From Patescibacteria group bacterium (GTDB taxonomy: Bacteria; Patescibacteriota; Patescibacteriia; Buchananbacterales; UBA6539): 64,000 nucleotides of DNA. Every line of letters starts with the position of its first letter. Positions within the stretch are counted from its first letter, which is position 1. The stretch is from contig JAQTYZ010000003.1 of assembly GCA_028688055.1 (NCBI GenBank), positions 66,752 through 130,751 of the forward strand. Reading direction: 5' to 3'. The notes beneath the pieces were generated by a model. The model did no database searches. It was not told where the DNA came from and saw nothing but the letters and a program-made list of their open reading frames with translations. Positions 51,045-60,151 of the stretch are shown one piece after another. The position numbers and the translations under genes are program-made.

Positions 51045-52051
51045 CGACGCAAGAATTTTTTGATGGCCTGCTTGACCATGTCGATTTGAAGGTCAGCGAT
51101 AAGGAGCGACGACTGATCGAAACTAAACAGAATGAGCTGCGCGAAAAGTTGCGCGAATTCCTGGATTTAGAGGATGATTTCCTTACGGGGTCATACCGTC
51201 GCAATACAATCATTAAGCCGAGGAATCCATCGGAAAAATTTGATGTCGATGTGTTTGTTGCTTTCAACAAGGAAGATTACGAGAATAAGGACTTAGCTGA
51301 GCTTCGGCAAACGGTAATTGACGCTTTGCATAATATAAATAGTCAGTACCCAGAGCTGGGGATCTCGCGAATTAATGAAAGCCAGCGTCGTTCCGTTAGA
51401 GTTGAATTTGGGAATAATTTTCAAATTGATGTCGTTCCGGCGATTCAAATTGAAAAAGATGTTCACTACAAGATTTTTGACAAGAGGACACTCTCGGCAG
51501 TTAAGTCGAATCCAAAACTGCACGGTGAATTACTGACCAAGGCTAACGAGCATGCGAAAGGTAAATTAGTCCCTTTAATAAAAATGTTACGGGCGTGGAA
51601 GCGTCAAGAGTGCCCATACGTTAAATCATTTCATATTGAGTTACTGGCGGTTGAGATTTTAGGATCGTCAAATTTCGATTCCTATTCCGAAGGGGCTGAT
51701 ATATTTTTTGATAAGGCAAGGGAGTATGCGAAGAGTGCTTGCCTTAAGGATCCGGCAAACGCCGATGTCACTATTGATGACTACCTCGATGATGACGGCA
51801 AGAGGCAAGACTTTATTAACCTAATTAACACAGAATTTCAATTGTCAGAAGAAGCAAGGAAATTAGAATCGGTCGGGGACGAAGATGGTGCAGTCGCTAA
51901 GTGGCAAGAAATTTTCTATGACGAAGATGAAAAAACTGCGGCGGCGATTAGGTCTGGTAACTTTTACGTGGGTGCTGGTGGAGTGGTAGTAGGCAATAAT
52001 GATGAGCAAAAGTATGGGAGAATTGAATCGCCCCGTTCCTACCGAGTCTAA
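51041..52051 (+). CDS. cGAS/DncV-like nucleotidyltransferase (CD-NTase, SMODS domain)
   Basis: GSYRRNTIIKPRNPSEKFDVDV (GS...DxD) and third Asp in QIDVVPA; helical domain LIKMLRAWK. Confidence 0.65.
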   Translation: MTTQEFFDGLLDHVDLKVSDKERRLIETKQNELREKLREFLDLEDDFLTGSYRRNTIIKPRNPSEKFDVDVFVAFNKEDYENKDLAELRQTVIDALHNINSQYPELGISRINESQRRSVRVEFGNNFQIDVVPAIQIEKDVHYKIFDKRTLSAVKSNPKLHGELLTKANEHAKGKLVPLIKMLRAWKRQECPYVKSFHIELLAVEILGSSNFDSYSEGADIFFDKAREYAKSACLKDPANADVTIDDYLDDDGKRQDFINLINTEFQLSEEARKLESVGDEDGAVAKWQEIFYDEDEKTAAAIRSGNFYVGAGGVVVGNNDEQKYGRIESPRSYRV

Positions 52052-52841
52052 CCCGCAATGGTACGATACATTACCAGATCGCCTTGAGGAAGAAATTCGG
52101 TTAATGAAAGAATTTCATCCTTCATTTGATCTTAGCCATTCTGCCGGGGAAAGTATTTTTTGGACAGGATATGCGAAAGCATTGCGAAGCGATGGTTCAG
52201 TAATTACAGTATTGAAAATTAAAATAGAATGTCCAGCAGCATATCCTTTTTTATTTCCCCTGGTTTATGATTCTGAGAACATTTTGTTTAACCGCGGTTG
52301 CCCGCACCTAAGTAATAGCAGCGGCGGTTTTTTCACTCTTTGTTACGGGAATAGGCTCGATCCCCAGTTGGATTTTCAAGGGTCTACACGTGTTAAGGAC
52401 GTAGTAAACTACGTATGCATTTTTCTTGCCCGCCAATGGCATTTTGAAAGGTATGGTTTTTGGCCTGACGGTCAACCTCACGGTGAATTAGCCTTTTTAT
52501 ATCATGAGATTAAGCAAGACGTTTTGAATCCTGATGATTTATGCCCCTGTGGCCTAACTGAAAAAACATACAGACATTGTCATATGCCCGCTGTTTTAAA
52601 CGTTCTCAACCAATGGGACCTATCCCTAAAAGGAGAAATCAGGAAACGTGTTGATCAGGTTAGTGGTAGAAATGACCCATGCCCTTGTGGGAGCGACAAA
52701 AAATTTAAAAAATGTTGTTCGCCAAAACTAAATTATTCAAGTAAGTTTTTTTTATTCATGAAATTTCCAGAATTTTTTGACTTTGATTTGTTCAGGCGTG
52801 ATAATATATTAAATGCTTTGTGTGGCATGAAAACTGAATGA
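51999..52841 (+). CDS. E2 (UBC)-like protein with two C-terminal SEC-C zinc motifs; Cap2-like partner of the CD-NTase
   Basis: YPFLFPLVY...GCPHL...GGFFTLCYGN resembles the E2 YPFKPP/HPN/Cys core; CPCG...C.H and CPCGSDKKFKKCC. Confidence 0.4.
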   Translation: MMSKSMGELNRPVPTESNPQWYDTLPDRLEEEIRLMKEFHPSFDLSHSAGESIFWTGYAKALRSDGSVITVLKIKIECPAAYPFLFPLVYDSENILFNRGCPHLSNSSGGFFTLCYGNRLDPQLDFQGSTRVKDVVNYVCIFLARQWHFERYGFWPDGQPHGELAFLYHEIKQDVLNPDDLCPCGLTEKTYRHCHMPAVLNVLNQWDLSLKGEIRKRVDQVSGRNDPCPCGSDKKFKKCCSPKLNYSSKFFLFMKFPEFFDFDLFRRDNILNALCGMKTE

Positions 52842-52886
52842 GACAGTCAAAAGTAGCCTTAAGGACTGTCTCATTTGTCTCATTTT
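52840..52886 (+). terminator. Terminator after the CD-NTase/E2 operon
   Basis: GAGACAGTC...GACTGTCTC plus T-rich tail. Confidence 0.5.
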
Positions 52887-53046
52887 CCCAAAAAGGCTAC
52901 AATTATCGAGTTAAATCACCTGACCGGTTCCCGTCCAGATTCGTAGCTGAAAGACCGCTGAAACCCTTGGTAACGGTGGTTCCAGACCGCGATGGGGAGC
53001 TTAGCTCTCCTTTTTTGTTTTCTAAAATATTTTCAATGGTATAATC

Positions 53047-53055
53047 CTATATTCT
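53047..53055 (+). promoter_or_regulatory. Extended -10 promoter TGGTATAAT upstream of pheS
   Basis: Same TGnTATAAT element as the pilin promoters. Confidence 0.45.
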
Positions 53056-53210
53056 CGAAGATGGTTTGAAAGGTGGTGTATGCTGTATTGTCAATTCCCT
53101 GTCCTTTAAAGAGGAGGTTCGCTTCCAAATACGCTAGGATAGCTCTCCTAACGTTTATAGCTTTCAACTTTGTTAATTCTAAGATGGTTAGGTAGCAGCT
53201 TTACTTAAGT

Positions 53211-54266
53211 ATGTTTTTTGGTTATAATATTTTTATGCTAAATGAAATTAAAAAATTAAGAGAATCATTTAACCAGGAGATTGATGGTATTTCCGATGGT
53301 GACTCTTTAGATGAGTTAGAGGTAAGTTATCTGGGTCGCAAATCGGGTAAATTAAACAATATTTTACGAGGGTTAAAGGATTTAGCAGAAGATGACCGTA
53401 AAAAAGTTGGACCACTGGCCAATAAGTTAAAAAAGGAAATTGAGGAAAATATTGTAATAAAGCGAAAAGAATTGATCCACGGCAAAGCTAGCGAAGAATT
53501 TTTTGATGTTACCTTGCCGGGCACTAAATTTCCAGAAGGCCATTTGCATTTGGTGACGCAAGCAATTAGGGAAATAACCCACATTTTTGAAAAAATCGGT
53601 TTTACTCGGGTTAAATATCCTGAAGTCGAATGGGATTATTATGCCTTTGGCGCACTTAATATGCCTCTTGATCATCCAGCTCGTGATGAATGGGAAACTT
53701 TTTTTATTGACGCTGAGCCAGTAGGGCCAAAAGGAAAAAGAATATTGACTCCCCATACTTCATCGGGGCAGGTAAGAGAAATGGAAAAAGGAAAGTTGCC
53801 GATCAGAATGATTAATATTTCAAAATGCTATCGACGCCAAGCCGATGTTTCTCACTTGCCGATGTTTCATCAGTTTGAAGGATTATTAATTGCTGAGCAG
53901 GTTACGATTGCGAATTTAAAAGGAACGCTCGAATATTTTTTTAAAAATTATTACGGCCCTGATCGGAAATATCGTTTAAGGCCGTTTCATTTTCGATTTA
54001 CCGAACCCAGCTTTGAGATAGATGTTTCCTGCGATCTGTGCCAAGGTAGAGGATGTAAAATGTGCAAAGCTGGGTGGCTTGAGCTGGGTGGCGCTGGGAT
54101 GGTTCATCCGAACGTTTTAAAAGCCGGTAAAATTGATCCCCATAAATACTCCGGCTTTGCTTTTGGCTGGGGGGTTGAACGGGTCTTTTTAATGAAGCCA
54201 GGATTAAACATTCCAGATATCAGAATGTTGTACAATAATGATTTGAGATTTCTACAGCAGTTTTAA
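53211..54266 (+). CDS. pheS: Phenylalanine-tRNA ligase alpha subunit
   Basis: Class II aaRS motifs (FRFTEPSFE, GFAFGWGVERV); no pheT follows. Confidence 0.9.
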   Translation: MFFGYNIFMLNEIKKLRESFNQEIDGISDGDSLDELEVSYLGRKSGKLNNILRGLKDLAEDDRKKVGPLANKLKKEIEENIVIKRKELIHGKASEEFFDVTLPGTKFPEGHLHLVTQAIREITHIFEKIGFTRVKYPEVEWDYYAFGALNMPLDHPARDEWETFFIDAEPVGPKGKRILTPHTSSGQVREMEKGKLPIRMINISKCYRRQADVSHLPMFHQFEGLLIAEQVTIANLKGTLEYFFKNYYGPDRKYRLRPFHFRFTEPSFEIDVSCDLCQGRGCKMCKAGWLELGGAGMVHPNVLKAGKIDPHKYSGFAFGWGVERVFLMKPGLNIPDIRMLYNNDLRFLQQF

Positions 54267-54638
54267 CCGATCTAAATTCAATAGAATATAAAAAAATGAC
54301 TACCACCGAGAGAATCAACGGTAGTCGTTTGTGTTTATAATTGATCCCAGCCGTAAAGGGAGAGTCTGGGCTTATTTTTTATTAATTACTCGTTCAAATT
54401 GCCGATCCTTTCTATTTTTGGTAGGATTAAACTGAAAAACCAGCAATTTTTCCTACATCCAAACGTTAAATAAAATAAATTTTAGGTGGTCAACCGAAAA
54501 CAAGATCAACATTTAGCTTAATAATATTAAGGTGGTAGACTAAGATATTATTAAAATTTTATCCTGTTTCGCTCCGCAAAATTTCATCTAGCATCAAGAT
54601 TGCCTGAAACTAAAAATATTCTTTAACTAAATAAAACT

Positions 54639-54965
54639 ATGCCATTTCTAAATCAAAAACCAATGTTAAGTGATTTTCAACAGTATGTCCGCGAACTTGA
54701 GGAAGAACGCGGGTTTACTAGTCAAACAGTTTTACAAAGGTGTCTAATGCTCGGCGAAGAAATGGGTGAGCTATTTCAGGCGATTCGTAAAGAAGAGAAT
54801 ATAGTAATTGACCATAACTCCAAGTTTGGCTCAATTGAAGAAGAACTTGCGGACATTTTTATTTTTTTGTGTTCAATTGCCAATAGATATAATATCGATT
54901 TAGAACAGGCCTTTCGAACCAAAGAGGAAGTGAATAAAAAAAGAGTTTGGAGCAAAGTAGCGTAG
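54639..54965 (+). CDS. MazG-like nucleotide pyrophosphohydrolase
   Basis: LGEEMGELFQAIRKEE and ELADIFIF EExxE motifs. Confidence 0.7.
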   Translation: MPFLNQKPMLSDFQQYVRELEEERGFTSQTVLQRCLMLGEEMGELFQAIRKEENIVIDHNSKFGSIEEELADIFIFLCSIANRYNIDLEQAFRTKEEVNKKRVWSKVA

Positions 54966-54992
54966 AAAGTTTTAATCAATAATATTTAAAAT

Positions 54993-55340
54993 ATGAGCGA
55001 AACACTTGAGGAGGAACCAATTGAAACATTAACCAATACGAATAATTTTTATACTTATCTGCCCGGGGGTTGGCTAAGAGACTTGGGGGGCGCAAATCCG
55101 GAACAGCAGCGGTTAATGGCGGCGATTGATCAATTGCTGCAAGATGAATTCTCCGATATCAATGGTGCGGAAATTGCTAAGACTATGGCTGAGGCAAATC
55201 AATCAATCGCTCAAGCTTTTAACGACAAGGGGTCACCGGACCAAGCGAGAGCACAATTTAAAGCGGCGGAAGAAAAACTGCGCCCATTATTTAATCGACT
55301 TTTGGAGCTGGGCTTTGACGCTGATTTGATGCGGGGATAA
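54993..55340 (+). CDS. Hypothetical acidic protein
   Basis: ORF only. Confidence 0.3.
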   Translation: MSETLEEEPIETLTNTNNFYTYLPGGWLRDLGGANPEQQRLMAAIDQLLQDEFSDINGAEIAKTMAEANQSIAQAFNDKGSPDQARAQFKAAEEKLRPLFNRLLELGFDADLMRG

Positions 55341-55392
55341 ATTTGGCCGATCGCGCTGCACTATTAAGTTTAAAAATTTTTTAAGTAATAAC

Positions 55393-55839
55393 ATGGCTAA
55401 AAATATTTCAGTTATTCCTAATTGTTTTTATCGTGTCAGCGTCAAGGCTTTGATTCTTGATGACCAAAAAAGATTTTTACTTACCTGGGAAGACAAGGGC
55501 TTTTGGGAACTGCCCGGCGGCGGTTTAGATTTTGGCGAAAAATCGTTTGAATGTCTGGCTCGGGAAATAAAAGAAGAAATGGGGCTGGAGGTAACTCAGG
55601 TTAACGACCGGCCGTCGTATTTTTTAACCGTTTTGCACCGCGGTGGCCAGTATTCGATTTGTAACATTTTGTATGAAGTAAAAGTCAACAACTTGAATTT
55701 TCGGCCGTCAGCGGAGTGCGTTGAGCTGCGGTTTTTTACCAAGGCTGAAGCGGCCAAAGAAAATCTTTCGATTAATGTTGTTGAGTTTGTAAAATTGTAT
55801 AATCCCGACAATCATCAGCCGGGGGAAAATAGTGTTTAG
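55393..55839 (+). CDS. NUDIX hydrolase
   Basis: GGGLDFGEKSFECLAREIKEEMGLE. Confidence 0.8.
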   Translation: MAKNISVIPNCFYRVSVKALILDDQKRFLLTWEDKGFWELPGGGLDFGEKSFECLAREIKEEMGLEVTQVNDRPSYFLTVLHRGGQYSICNILYEVKVNNLNFRPSAECVELRFFTKAEAAKENLSINVVEFVKLYNPDNHQPGENSV

Positions 55840-55910
55840 GGCAGTGATGGATTTGATGCTCCAAAAAATGGGTGATAGTAAATTTAAAAATATTTATTTT
55901 AAAACAGATG

Positions 55911-56540
55911 GCTGATTGGGACAAAATTTATGTTGATTACCAGCAAGGTGGAGAAGCTTGGGCAACCTTAAGCGAAGGGATCCATCCTTTATTTAAACAA
56001 TTTTTGAACCAATCAAATTTTAAACATCAACAGGTTTTAGATATCGGATGTGGGACTGGCAAATATGCAAGCTGGTTGATTAACCAAGGCTTCCAAGTTG
56101 ATGGTATTGATTCTAGTCCAACCGCTGTTCAAATGACCAAAGACTTGCTGGGCGGTCAAGCCGGAATGATCAAAGAGGCAAATATGTTTAAATTCAGCAT
56201 TGCCAAAAATAAATATGATTTAATAATTTCGGTGGCAACTATTCAGCACGGTATTAAAAAAGACATTCAAAATTTGATTAACAAAATTCACTCGGCCTTA
56301 GTGGCTGGCGGAAAAACGTTTATTACTATGCCAGATTTGGAGAGTTCGAAAAAATGGAAGACATTTAAGAGTCATCAGGATTTGGGCGATAGTACTTTCG
56401 CCCCTTTAGCTGGTCCAGAGCAAGGTTTACCTCATAGTTTCTTTACTAAAGTCGAAGTTCAAAAATTGTTTGCCAAATTTAGCAAGGTCAAAATCAATTT
56501 GGATGATCGGGGGCGCTGGGTTGTTCAAGCTGCTAAATGA
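55911..56540 (+). CDS. Class I SAM-dependent methyltransferase (start at MADWDK)
   Basis: VLDIGCGTGKYASWL motif I. Confidence 0.7.
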   Translation, partial: ADWDKIYVDYQQGGEAWATLSEGIHPLFKQFLNQSNFKHQQVLDIGCGTGKYASWLINQGFQVDGIDSSPTAVQMTKDLLGGQAGMIKEANMFKFSIAKNKYDLIISVATIQHGIKKDIQNLINKIHSALVAGGKTFITMPDLESSKKWKTFKSHQDLGDSTFAPLAGPEQGLPHSFFTKVEVQKLFAKFSKVKINLDDRGRWVVQAAK

Positions 56541-56558
56541 AATAGATAAATTTTTTCT

Positions 56559-56948
56559 ATGAAACTGATTCAAAAAGCCATCATTAAAATGGGCGATAAA
56601 TATTTGATCGGGCTGAGGTCGCCCAACGCTAAATATTTTCCCCAACACTGGGATTTGCCCGGCGGCAAACTGGAGCCAAACGAAGATCCATTTTTAGGAA
56701 TCAAACGAGAAGTAAAAGAAGAAACGGATTTAGAGGTCAAACCGCTTAAGGTTTTGGGCGTTTATGAATTTGATTTGGATGGGCAAGGGGAGAATACTCA
56801 TCGTTTTACCATCTATGCCGTTGAAATTATTTCCGGTACGGTTAAATTAAGTTCGGAACACACTGAGCAAAGCTGGGCCACCAAAGATGAAATCCTCAAA
56901 TTGAAGATTGAACCATACTTTGTGCCTTTTTTTGAAGAACATCCGTAA
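56559..56948 (+). CDS. NUDIX hydrolase
   Basis: PGGKLEPNEDPFLGIKREVKEETDLE. Confidence 0.8.
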   Translation: MKLIQKAIIKMGDKYLIGLRSPNAKYFPQHWDLPGGKLEPNEDPFLGIKREVKEETDLEVKPLKVLGVYEFDLDGQGENTHRFTIYAVEIISGTVKLSSEHTEQSWATKDEILKLKIEPYFVPFFEEHP

Positions 56949-57198
56949 AAATTTATTTGAGCAATAACTTATGGCGTTAGCTGGATTTAATAGTGCCAGT
57001 AAGTATAGTATGCGACGTTGAGAAAGAGTAAAATTTTGTTTTAAGAATAAAAAACCCCATCACATGGACAGTAATAAAATATTTCATCAACTTTAAAGTC
57101 GGTGGTCTAGGCCTCCTTTTTTGTTTCCCCATAGCGCTTGATAATATTCAAAAAATGTAGTATATTTTATTTTCAGGCCAATTATTATTTTTTTAAAA

Positions 57199-58656
57199 AT
57201 GGCAAACGAAGGTATTTTAAGATTTGATAACGTGACATTTGAATATGTCGAAAAAAAGCCGCTGTTGGAAGAGGCGAGTTTTAGCGTGCGCAAGGGCGCA
57301 AAAATTACTTTAATGGGGCAAAATGGTGCCGGTAAAAGTACAATTTTTGGTTTGATTAAAAAAGAGTTAAAGCCAAAAAGCGGTCAAGTGTTTGTGACCG
57401 ATAATGCCAGTATTGCGACAGCCGCGCAGGTAATTGATCGGCAAGATTTTGCCCTAACGGTTGAAGCTTATTTCGCCAAAGCGTTTAGTCCAGTTCCGGC
57501 CAACTTGAAAAGTCGAATCAGCAAAGCGATGGATGCGGTTAACTTAAGTGTCCCCACCGCCCACACTGTTGGCGACTTGTCCGGCGGGCAACAAGCGCGA
57601 TTATTATTGGCCTATGCGTTGATTCAAAATCCTGATATTTTATTGCTCGACGAGCCAACTAATAATTTGGACACGGCCGGCATTGATCACTTGATTGCTT
57701 TTTTAATGGCCTACGACAAAACCGTAATTGTCATTTCTCATGATGCGAATTTCTTAAATTGTTTTACCGATGGGGTTATTTACCTTGATATTTTTACCAA
57801 GAAATTAGAAACCTATGTCGGCGACTATTATACGGTGGTTGAAGAAATTAATCAGCGAATTGAACGCGAAATTAAAAAAAATGCCCAACTCGAAAAACAG
57901 ATTCAAGACCGTAAGGACAAAGCCAATTTTTTCGCCAACAAAGGCGGTAAGATGAGAAAATTGGCGAAGAAATTGCGCGATGAAACTTATGAGATGGAAG
58001 AAAATAAAGTTGACGTGCGCCGCGACGATAAAACCATTCGCGAATTTACGATTCCTAATCAGGATATTCATGGGGACATTGTGACCATTACCAGCGTTAA
58101 GGTAGTCAAAAATCATGAACCGGTGGCGGTGGCGGTTAATAAAGTTTTAAAAAAACGTTCGCGTTTATTAGTTTCCGGACCAAACGGGATCGGTAAAAGT
58201 ACGCTGTTGCGATCATTGGTCAAGGGAACCGAAGCCGGTGTCAAGATTTTGGACGGGGTGCGCGTCGGCTATTACAGTCAGGATTTCGCGGCGCTTAATT
58301 TTGACGAAACGGTTTTTGATTCGTTGAAAAATGTGATGATTGAAGGTCATGATATTCAGGAGGTGCGTTCAATTGCCGCCGGTTTTCTTATTACCGGTGA
58401 ATTTATGGGCAGTAAAGTTTCGCAATTGTCCGAAGGTCAAAAGGGTTTATTGGCCTTCGCGCGATTGGTTTTGATGGAGCCAGGTTTGCTGATTTTAGAT
58501 GAACCGACTAATCACATTAATTTTCGTCACATTCCGATTATCGCTCAAGCGGTCAACGATTACCAAGGCGCACTAATTTTAATCAGCCATATGCCGGAGT
58601 TTGTTAGTGAAATTAAGGTTGATGATTATTTGGATTTGGGCGCGCTAGCCAAATAG
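57199..58656 (+). CDS. ABC-F family ATPase (tandem ABC domains, EttA/Uup-like)
   Basis: Two Walker A motifs (GQNGAGKST, GPNGIGKST), two LSGGQ signatures, inter-domain linker. Confidence 0.85.
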   Translation: MANEGILRFDNVTFEYVEKKPLLEEASFSVRKGAKITLMGQNGAGKSTIFGLIKKELKPKSGQVFVTDNASIATAAQVIDRQDFALTVEAYFAKAFSPVPANLKSRISKAMDAVNLSVPTAHTVGDLSGGQQARLLLAYALIQNPDILLLDEPTNNLDTAGIDHLIAFLMAYDKTVIVISHDANFLNCFTDGVIYLDIFTKKLETYVGDYYTVVEEINQRIEREIKKNAQLEKQIQDRKDKANFFANKGGKMRKLAKKLRDETYEMEENKVDVRRDDKTIREFTIPNQDIHGDIVTITSVKVVKNHEPVAVAVNKVLKKRSRLLVSGPNGIGKSTLLRSLVKGTEAGVKILDGVRVGYYSQDFAALNFDETVFDSLKNVMIEGHDIQEVRSIAAGFLITGEFMGSKVSQLSEGQKGLLAFARLVLMEPGLLILDEPTNHINFRHIPIIAQAVNDYQGALILISHMPEFVSEIKVDDYLDLGALAK

Positions 58657-58696
58657 TTTACGACAGTTGAGTTTTTTATTTTAAAAATAGTTGATT

Positions 58697-58726
58697 CCCG
58701 CCACCGCGGGATTTTTTATTAGCTAA
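58697..58726 (+). terminator. Rho-independent terminator
   Basis: GATTCCCGCCACCGCGGGATTTTTT. Confidence 0.6.
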
Positions 58727-58990
58727 CAGTATCACGTATGAAGGAGGGATGGCGAAGCACCATGGCCTTCTACTGTACCTGTCATCCTGAATTAATTTCA
58801 GGATCTCTGAGATGCTGAACCCACTGCCACGGCGGGGCAAGTAAGTTTGGCATGACCCTAACGAGCGTGTCGCGAAGCACAGGAAACCTCGGCATTAATT
58901 GACATGAGTTTTTGGTTTCGTTAGGATGGTTTTAGTGTTTCGTCGTGCCTGGTTTGGGTCAAGCGTTGTTTGGCAACAGAGGAGGGCTTA

Positions 58991-59436
58991 TGCCTACAAG
59001 TCGAACGTTAAGTATAGCTTTTTTGTTTGCCCGTGGGTCACGGGATCAGATCCTGGAAAAAGCTAATGATTACGCTCGGATGATTCCGTCAAGCGAAGCC
59101 AAGTTTAAGCGACTGCCAACATCAAGCGTTAGTCAGGTCGTCGCCACCTTATCCCGTTCGCTCGAAGATGGCGGCGGTAGGGGTATTCCTAATGCCGGTG
59201 ATGTTTGGGTGGCGTGCGTCCAGTATCCGACCGAGTGTTTATTGCCGCCATTGACCGGTGCCGTGACTGTTCAGTTTCATGAAGAAACCGTCACTAACGG
59301 CAGCTTTGAACAGTTGGCGGAGAAAGTCAATCAATTTACCAAAGAGCATCGCGCCACTTACTTTGAGGTGACGTGGGATGATCGCAGTCCCAACTCTTGG
59401 TCGGTGATAATTACGTACCTTGTAGCGTACAACTAG
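58991..59436 (+). CDS. Hypothetical protein in a locally GC-rich segment (start at RBS-supported ATG)
   Basis: GGAGGG RBS 4 nt before the ATG; no recognisable motif. Confidence 0.3.
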
Positions 59437-59566
59437 ACGGTGCGTTTGGACTGACCGTTCATTGTTTCCAGAGCCATCAATCCGTCTAAGGTAATTGGTG
59501 GTTTTTTTTATAAAAATGATTTGGTAAATCGCCAACCAGACGATTTTTTGTTACAATATCAAAACT

Positions 59567-60082
59567 ATGAAAATTGTAATTATTGGTTCGTTGGCCAAAG
59601 GTGATGAAATTAGGAAGTCCTGGCTTGATTGGAAGCCCGGCTATCTTAAGGTTTTATCTCAAATCCCCGGCGTTGAGATTAATGACGGCGATGAATGGCA
59701 AGATGAATCGAAACCCGTTATCACCGTCGGTCATGATGCGCAGATGATTAAAATTTGCGATGTCGTTATTGTTAATGCGGAAATCAAACTTGGCGCTGGT
59801 ACCGCGATGGAAATAATGATTGCCAAATATTTTTCCAAACCCGTTATCACGGTTTTACCGCGTAACAGCCACCATCGTCGTCGTGATGTTTGGTTTGAGG
59901 GAAAAATTATTGAAGACTGGATTCATCCGTTTATTTTTGTCGTCTCCGATGCCATTATCGAAAATATTGATCAAGTCTATGATCAGCTCGATCAGTTGCA
60001 AAAAGGCAAAATGTCAGTTAAGGGTATTAGCGTGATTGATGACGCCATTACCCAATATTTAAAACTCATTAGCCAAAAGTAA
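59567..60082 (+). CDS. Nucleoside 2-deoxyribosyltransferase-like protein
   Basis: KIVIIGS..., CDVVIVN, GTAMEIMIAKYFSKPVI pattern. Confidence 0.55.
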   Translation: MKIVIIGSLAKGDEIRKSWLDWKPGYLKVLSQIPGVEINDGDEWQDESKPVITVGHDAQMIKICDVVIVNAEIKLGAGTAMEIMIAKYFSKPVITVLPRNSHHRRRDVWFEGKIIEDWIHPFIFVVSDAIIENIDQVYDQLDQLQKGKMSVKGISVIDDAITQYLKLISQK

Positions 60083-60151
60083 AATTTATTAAGATAAAAA
60101 ACAATCCCGCTGAGGTGGGGTTGTTTTTTGAAATATATTTAGGGTGATAAG

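Noticed and set aside
52920-52990. Possible degenerate tRNA 3'-end copy (attR) or T-box-like GGTGG...ACCGCG element before pheS
   Set aside because: It gives only about 11/18 identity to the tRNA-Asn T-arm. The T-box consensus is interrupted by a 5-nt insertion, and the element lies upstream of the promoter rather than in a leader.
58800-58860. CTGAGA...ACCC resembling a TPP riboswitch core
   Set aside because: The rest of the THI-element consensus (GAACCTGATC...AATACC) is absent.
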